This document shows positions 58,563 through 64,000 of a stretch of 64,000 bases of DNA, piece by piece. The position numbers were made by a program, and so were the translations under genes. Location of the stretch: positions 136,025 through 200,024 of the forward strand of contig CBDCMI010000007.1 in NCBI GenBank assembly GCA_965218895.1. The letters run 5' to 3'. The stretch is from Acidobacteriaceae bacterium. GTDB taxonomy: Bacteria; Acidobacteriota; Terriglobia; Terriglobales; Acidobacteriaceae. Every line of letters starts with the position of its first letter. Positions within the stretch are counted from its first letter, which is position 1. The notes beneath the pieces are model-generated. The model was not told the origin of the DNA. It made no database searches and saw nothing but the letters and a program-made list of their open reading frames with translations.

Positions 58563-59240
58563 AGAGCTTCCGTCCTCGCTCTGGACTCCCTGCCGGAGAA
58601 CGCGAAGCGAAACACATCGGAGACTTTGGCGCGGACCTCCGATCCCTCGACGCCTACCGTATAGCCGCCATTTTCGGCCTTCTGAATCGTTACACCGTGC
58701 TGCGAGAGGGCCAGGTGAACTGACTGCCAGTTCGCCTCCCCCGCAAGGAGCTTGCGCAAGGTCTCGGCAGGCCGTTTGGACGCGAACACCTTCAGACTCT
58801 GCTCGTCGCGGAAGTGGTCCTGTTTCGCCATCTGTGCCGGCTGCTTGCCCGGGCTCCGCTCACGCTGGTCGCGGATCTGCGACAGCTCCGCTTTTGTGTT
58901 CCGGACAGGTTCGTTCCGCTGCCTGTCCCAGCGATACAGGCCATCCGCTTCAGCCCATCCGAACTTGTGCTCCAGCTCGCGCGCGAGCCTGTGAAGCGTG
59001 CGTTGCGTGACTCGCGGACTGTGCACCTTCGCCGTCTCCGGATGCACGGGGTTCAGCATCACGTGGACGTGGAAATGCTCTTTGCCATCGTGCGCCGCGA
59101 TCAGGTACTGATGCTCTCCGAAACCGAGCGCCTGGACCATTCGTTCCGCAGACGTTTGCCACTCCCTTTGGGTCGGCCTTTCACCCGGCTCCCAGGCCAC
59201 CATGAAATGTATCGCCGGGTGCTGGACAAGTGCGTTCTGG
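58563..59240 (-). pseudogene. Relaxase (MOB-P/TraI-like) fragment
   Basis: HFMVAWEPGERPT and LGFGEHQYLIAAHDGKEHFHVHVMLNPVHP (HUH motif III); N-terminal Tyr motif and start codon missing. Confidence 0.8.
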
Positions 59241-59344
59241 GCCGCCCCGGCGCACAACAGCAGACCGACGTGATACTGTTGGGGCAATTTGGGGCGTGTC
59301 CGGGGTGCCGGCTGCGCCCGAGTTTTTGCCGGGAGCTGGAGACG

Positions 59345-59944
59345 TTGCCTAACCGACGCGAGCATGGGCTTATCTGGGGCATCTTGGCGGGCTTTCTGCT
59401 GGCGTTTCCGGTAATCGGGCTGACAGGGTATCTCTACCTCCGGTATGGGAACGTGCCGGTGGCGGTAGCGGACAAGCCATTTCCGGATGAAGAGCAGATC
59501 GTGCACCTTGCGCTGGATGCGCGGATCAACCGACAGACGCAGAGCTCGCCGATCCAGCCGACGCCGGAGAATCTGCTGGCCGGGGCGCACGTCTTTGCGA
59601 GTCAATGTGCGTTCTGCCACGGCGCCCCCGGGGAAGACAGTGCGATTGGGCACAATGAGTATCCGCAGGCACCGCAGCTTTGGGTAAAGCACACGCACGG
59701 CGATGTGGTGGGCGTGAGCGACGATCCGGCAGGCGAGACCTATTGGAAGGTAGCCAACGGCATTCGGCTGACGGGTATGCCGGCCTTTGACCATGCGCTC
59801 AACGAGACGGAGATGTGGCAGGTGAGCCTGCTGCTGGCAGGGGCGGACAAGCCGCAGACGCCGGAGGTGTTGGCGGCGATGCGACATTCGGTTGCGGAGT
59901 TCGCGCATCCGGAGCGGGACAACAACGGCAATGGCGTGAAGTAG
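59345..59944 (+). CDS. Membrane-anchored c-type cytochrome
   Basis: N-terminal TM, heme motif CAFCHG, NGIRLTGMPAF; TTG start inferred. Confidence 0.85.
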   Translation: MPNRREHGLIWGILAGFLLAFPVIGLTGYLYLRYGNVPVAVADKPFPDEEQIVHLALDARINRQTQSSPIQPTPENLLAGAHVFASQCAFCHGAPGEDSAIGHNEYPQAPQLWVKHTHGDVVGVSDDPAGETYWKVANGIRLTGMPAFDHALNETEMWQVSLLLAGADKPQTPEVLAAMRHSVAEFAHPERDNNGNGVK

Positions 59945-60345
59945 GCGGCTCTCGCGGGTTGCGCCGTTGAGCGATCGAGCGGGCGGCGTAGTAGGTCTGA
60001 GACCGTGGGCGGGCTGCGGCGCGCCGAGCTGTGGCGGCGTCCAGAGCTGGCGCGGGACGAGTCTGGTGCCGGAGCTTCCCAACCTGATGTGTGTTGTGCC
60101 ACGGGCTTGGGCCATGTTGCAGACGAGGCTAGTGTGCTGGAGGGCTGACGAGCCGTCCCGCTGGTCATTCGCGCCTACCTTGTGTCGCGAGCTTCCGTGA
60201 CCATGCAAACACTTTCATTATCCAAAGATAATTTCTGAACTACTTGCCCAAGTCACCCTTGTCTCGTACGGTCACGGTACCGCAGTAACGGTACCGAAGT
60301 GCGGTGTGAGCCCTTGACACCCTGCGGCTTGGAGAGGCAAAGACG

Positions 60346-60990
60346 ATGCGAAGAGAATACGGCGTGGCACTCGCGGTGGCGTCTTTGGGGCTGTCTGCTC
60401 CGACGCTGCGGGCCGATACCATACAGCAGTTCAACGTAAGTGGATCGATCGTCAGCTTCCAGAGTGACTCGTGCACCAGCGGCGAGGGGTGCCCGACGGG
60501 GTCTCTGAGCGGAACGCTGACGGTGGACACGACGGCGGGATCGATCGTCTCCTCGGCCCTGAGCGCAACCAACAACGGAAGTGATTACAGCTTCGGTCAG
60601 GCGACCTCGCAGGGTCCTGCCATAGAAGAATGCGATCACGCTGACGGGGGAGGTTGTTTCTTCGACACCTACTCTGCGGACTACACGGGGAACGGGGGCT
60701 CCAGCCTGAACCTTTACCTTGATACCTCGGCGACGGTGGATGGCTCGCTGAAGGGATACCAGGGTGGGGTGATCTGCAATGAGGCCTATCTGTGCGGCTC
60801 GGACATCCAGCTTGTGCTGACGATGTTAAACGTTCCAGGCAGCACGTACTTTGAGTACGTCGCCGGCGATGATGCGGTAGTGACGCCGGGAGCGGTGTTG
60901 TCGCCGGAGCCTTCCAGCCTGGTGTTGCTGGGAACCGGAGTCTTGGGTGCGGCAGGCGCTGTGCGGCGGAGGATCACTCGCCGGCGGTAA
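60346..60990 (+). CDS. PEP-CTERM sorting-domain protein
   Basis: Signal peptide ...LRADT; SPEPSSLVLLGTGVLGAAGAVRRRITRRR. Confidence 0.92.
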   Translation: MRREYGVALAVASLGLSAPTLRADTIQQFNVSGSIVSFQSDSCTSGEGCPTGSLSGTLTVDTTAGSIVSSALSATNNGSDYSFGQATSQGPAIEECDHADGGGCFFDTYSADYTGNGGSSLNLYLDTSATVDGSLKGYQGGVICNEAYLCGSDIQLVLTMLNVPGSTYFEYVAGDDAVVTPGAVLSPEPSSLVLLGTGVLGAAGAVRRRITRRR

Positions 60991-61134
60991 AGCCCCGTGG
61001 CGCGCCGTGTACGACGTCCGCATGTCGAACCATGCGGCCGGGACTGCCGGACAGAACGACGGCATGTTGAAGAAGGTCTGCAGCTTGGACTGACTTCGTT
61101 GAAGCAACTCGAAGAAGAATGCCTTGGAGGAACA

Positions 61135-61716
61135 ATGCGCGGAATCAATCTTTGTTTGAGCATGATGATGGGGTTCGCGACGGTCGCGGCCCATGCGGAT
61201 ACGGTGCAGCTGTTTACGGTGGCAGGTGACTTTCTGGACTCGACGCAGCCGGACTGCGGCACCTGCACGGTGGGGTCGTACAACGGGACGCTGACCATCG
61301 ATACAACAGCAGGGACGGTGCTCACCGGGAGTTTAAGTGCGACGACTCCGACGGGAGCGTACAGCGTCTCCGGGGCGCCGGACAGCCAGAGGCTGATCGG
61401 TAGCGGCGGCCGGTACAACCTGGTGGACGACTATGGTATCTCCCTGGGCGACTTCTTTCTGGCGCTCGACATTCCGGAGACGCTGGTCGGCTATACCGGA
61501 GGGGGGATCTGTGGGTTCAACGATTCGGGGAACGGCTGCGGTGGCCTGGTGCCGCCGCTCTCCACTCTGTCGTTGGATCCTGGGTACTACACCTACAACG
61601 GCGAGGTAACGCCGGGGGCGATCGTGGCATCGCCGGAGCCTTCCAGCCTGATCCTGCTGGGGACCGGGGTGCTGGGCGTTGCGGGCGCCGTGCGACGTAG
61701 GCTGTGGCGCGCGTAG
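61135..61716 (+). CDS. PEP-CTERM sorting-domain protein, paralog of 60346..60990
   Basis: GGAGG RBS, ATG at 61135; ...AHADT; SPEPSSLILLGTGVLGVAGAVRRRLWRA. Confidence 0.92.
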   Translation: MRGINLCLSMMMGFATVAAHADTVQLFTVAGDFLDSTQPDCGTCTVGSYNGTLTIDTTAGTVLTGSLSATTPTGAYSVSGAPDSQRLIGSGGRYNLVDDYGISLGDFFLALDIPETLVGYTGGGICGFNDSGNGCGGLVPPLSTLSLDPGYYTYNGEVTPGAIVASPEPSSLILLGTGVLGVAGAVRRRLWRA

Positions 61717-61737
61717 ATCGCGGTAAGTTACTGCATG

Positions 61738-61767
61738 AGCCCCTGCCCGGTGTGGCTGGGGCTTTCT
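61738..61767 (+). terminator. Probable terminator hairpin
   Basis: AGCCCC...GGGGCT followed by TTCT. Confidence 0.45.
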
Positions 61768-61807
61768 GCTTTGCGGGCTGCCAAGGCGACGATGCGAAGA
61801 TAGAGCT

Positions 61808-63793
61808 ATGTTGCAACTTCAAGGTGCGGGCAAGCGCTTCGGGATGAAGCTGCTGTATGACGACGTGAACTGGTTGATTACGCCGGGGGAGCGGTCGGGG
61901 CTGGTGGGTGGCAATGGCACGGGCAAGTCGACGCTGCTCAAGGTTCTGGCGGGGAGCGAGTCGCTGGACTACGGCACCATGTCCAAGCAGAAAGGAATGA
62001 CGATCGGGTACCTGCCGCAGGACGGGCTGCTGATGCGCGGCAAGACGGTCTTCGAGGAGTGCCTGAGTGTCTTCGATGCGGTGCGCGGGTTGGAGGCGGA
62101 GAGCGAGGAGCTGAGCGACAAGCTGAGCAACTTTGCGCCGGGTACACCGGACTACGACCTTGCCGCCGAGCGCTTCAGCGAAGTGATGGACCTGATGCAG
62201 ACGCACGATATCTACACGCTGGACTACCAGGTGGGCACGGTGCTGGGCGGGCTGGGATTTCCGAAGGAGGATTGGGACCGGCGGACGGAGGAGTTCTCCG
62301 GCGGCTGGCAGATGCGGATTGCGCTGGCAAAGCTGCTGCTCGAAAAGCCCTCGCTGCTGCTGCTCGACGAGCCGACGAACCATCTCGACCTGGAGACGCG
62401 CAACTGGCTCGAGGAGTACCTGAAGAGCTATGAGCGGGCGTTTGTGCTGATCTCGCACGACCGCTACTTTCTGGACGTGACGGTGGGCAAGATCGTGGAG
62501 CTGTGGAACAAGCGCGCGCACTTCTACGTGGGCGGGTACGAGAAGTTCGTGAAGCAGAAGGACGAGCGGCGGACGCAGCTGCTGAACGCGTACAAGAACC
62601 AGAAGGATCGGATTGACGATCTGGAGGCGTTTATCAGCCGGTTTCGGTACCAGGCGACGAAGGCCAAGCAGGTGCAGAGCCGCATCAAGGAGCTCGAGAA
62701 GATTGAGCGGATCGAGATTCCGGAGGAGGAGTCGACGATTCACTTCACGATTCCACAGCCGCCGGCGAGCGGGCGGACCGTGATCGACGTGCAGCACCTG
62801 ACGAAGATCTATCCCAGAAAAGAGGGCGGCACCAAGACGATTCTGGACGATGTGAGTTTTTCGATTGAGCGCGGAGACAGGATCGCGCTGGTGGGGGCGA
62901 ACGGCGCCGGCAAGTCAACGCTGATCCGGATGTTGAGCGGCCTCGAGGCGCCCACCCGGGGCGAGATCAAGCTGGGGCACAACGCACTGGTGGACTACTT
63001 TGCGCAGGACCAGTACAAGGTGCTGGACCCGAACGCGGGGATGCTGGACGACATGAGCGGGGCGGCGACGCGGGTGCCGGTGGTGGAGCTGCGCAGCCTG
63101 CTGGGCTGCTTCATGTTTTCGGGCGACGACGTCTTCAAGAAGCTGGGCGTGCTGAGCGGCGGCGAGCGGAACCGGTATGCCATGGCGAAGATGCTGGTGA
63201 GCCCGAGCAACATGCTGCTGCTCGACGAGCCGACGAATCACCTGGATCTGCGGGCGAAGGATGTGCTGCTCGATGCGATTCGTAACTTCACCGGTACCGT
63301 GTTGTTTGTGAGCCACGATCGCTACTTCATCGACGGGCTGGCGACGCGCGTCTTCGAGGTGGAGGACCGGCGGGTGCACATCTACCCGGGAAACTACGAG
63401 GACTACCTGTGGCGCAAGGCGGGCGGGCCGGCGAAGGCGATCGAGCCCCTGGCCGAGCGCAGCGTGGTGGGATCGGCGACCGAGCGCGCGACGCCGGATA
63501 CAGCAGTCGAGAAGGCGGAGCCGGCGGTGGCCGTGGCGGTACGGGAGCCGGTCAAGAAGCTCAACTCCTTCAAGCTGAAGCAACTGGAGCAGCGGGTGGC
63601 CGCGGCGGAGGACGAGATCCCCGAGCTCGAAGAGGCGATTGCAGCGGCGGAGGCCGAGATGGCGGTCTTCACCAACGCCGACGAGGCACAACGGCTGGCC
63701 GCGCGCGTGGAGGGCATGCGCATCCGGCTGAGTGTGGTGACACGCGAGTGGGAGCAGATGGCGGAGCAGCTGGAAGAGCAACGATCGGCCTAG
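61808..63793 (+). CDS. ABC-F family ATP-binding protein
   Basis: Two NBDs (GGNGTGKST/FSGGWQMR; GANGAGKST/LSGGERNR), LDEPTNHLD twice, no TM segments. Confidence 0.95.
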   Translation: MLQLQGAGKRFGMKLLYDDVNWLITPGERSGLVGGNGTGKSTLLKVLAGSESLDYGTMSKQKGMTIGYLPQDGLLMRGKTVFEECLSVFDAVRGLEAESEELSDKLSNFAPGTPDYDLAAERFSEVMDLMQTHDIYTLDYQVGTVLGGLGFPKEDWDRRTEEFSGGWQMRIALAKLLLEKPSLLLLDEPTNHLDLETRNWLEEYLKSYERAFVLISHDRYFLDVTVGKIVELWNKRAHFYVGGYEKFVKQKDERRTQLLNAYKNQKDRIDDLEAFISRFRYQATKAKQVQSRIKELEKIERIEIPEEESTIHFTIPQPPASGRTVIDVQHLTKIYPRKEGGTKTILDDVSFSIERGDRIALVGANGAGKSTLIRMLSGLEAPTRGEIKLGHNALVDYFAQDQYKVLDPNAGMLDDMSGAATRVPVVELRSLLGCFMFSGDDVFKKLGVLSGGERNRYAMAKMLVSPSNMLLLDEPTNHLDLRAKDVLLDAIRNFTGTVLFVSHDRYFIDGLATRVFEVEDRRVHIYPGNYEDYLWRKAGGPAKAIEPLAERSVVGSATERATPDTAVEKAEPAVAVAVREPVKKLNSFKLKQLEQRVAAAEDEIPELEEAIAAAEAEMAVFTNADEAQRLAARVEGMRIRLSVVTREWEQMAEQLEEQRSA

Positions 63794-63827
63794 CGCGGAC
63801 AAGCTGTGCGCCGCCGGCTCGCATCCC

Positions 63828-64000
63828 ATGGCCATGCCGCCCCGAGCCGATGATCGCATTTCCGCAGAGTTTCTGCAGTTCCTCACAGCACTGCCCAAAG
63901 GGACGCGAACCCGCATCCACATCCTCACCGACTCAGATGCCGATGGCCTGCCGGCGGCCGCGATCCTGGCACGCGCGCTCCCGTTAGCCGGGTATGACTC
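63828..64000 (+). CDS. DHH-family phosphoesterase, partial, runs off the right edge
   Basis: Hand translation ...IHILTDSDADGLPAAAILARAL (DHH motif 1, DxDxDG). Confidence 0.65.
   Translation, partial: MAMPPRADDRISAEFLQFLTALPKGTRTRIHILTDSDADGLPAAAILARALPLAGYD

Noticed and set aside
58235-60208. 657-aa minus-strand ORF as a novel multidomain protein
   Set aside because: Its first half is antisense to the cytochrome c gene; the rest is relaxase and TonB debris with no credible start.
60218-60226. TTATCCAAA as a DnaA box marking oriC
   Set aside because: Single one-mismatch box far from the skew switch; no cluster or unwinding element.
1-64000. CRISPR array, rRNA, intact transposase or integrase, prophage
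   Set aside because: No regularly spaced repeats or recognisable genes of these classes were seen.

Overview
High-GC bacterial chromosomal window, most likely Acidobacteriaceae (inferred from the gene families, the PEPSSLxLLGTG-type PEP-CTERM tails and the intergenic repeats). From left to right it holds: nucleotide-sugar genes; a compositionally foreign module (1.9-5.0 kb) of Cys-rich exported-type hypotheticals, partly bracketed by palindromic repeats; GDSL and GH16 hydrolases; an exosortase/PEP-CTERM EPS export locus with sigma54-like and IHF-like sites; tRNA-Arg(CCG); a glycine-cleavage operon (gcvT-H-PA-PB) with OsmC and other genes inserted; housekeeping and stress genes (M61 peptidase, glutathione peroxidase, APC permease, PPase, two cysteine desulfurases, UvsE, Rrf2-iscS); a ~13 kb lower-GC island (5 SDRs, 2 AraC, LysR, TetR, 2 DJ-1/PfpI) ending in a relaxase/TonB-receptor scar; cytochrome c; two paralogous PEP-CTERM genes; an ABC-F ATPase and a partial DHH phosphoesterase. 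The + strand is mostly C-rich left of ~32 kb and G-rich right of it. The best candidate for an undescribed system is the repeat-flanked 'Cys-rich exported protein tip + STN-like partner' module at 1.9-5.0 kb. All calls come from reading motifs by eye; no database searches were run.
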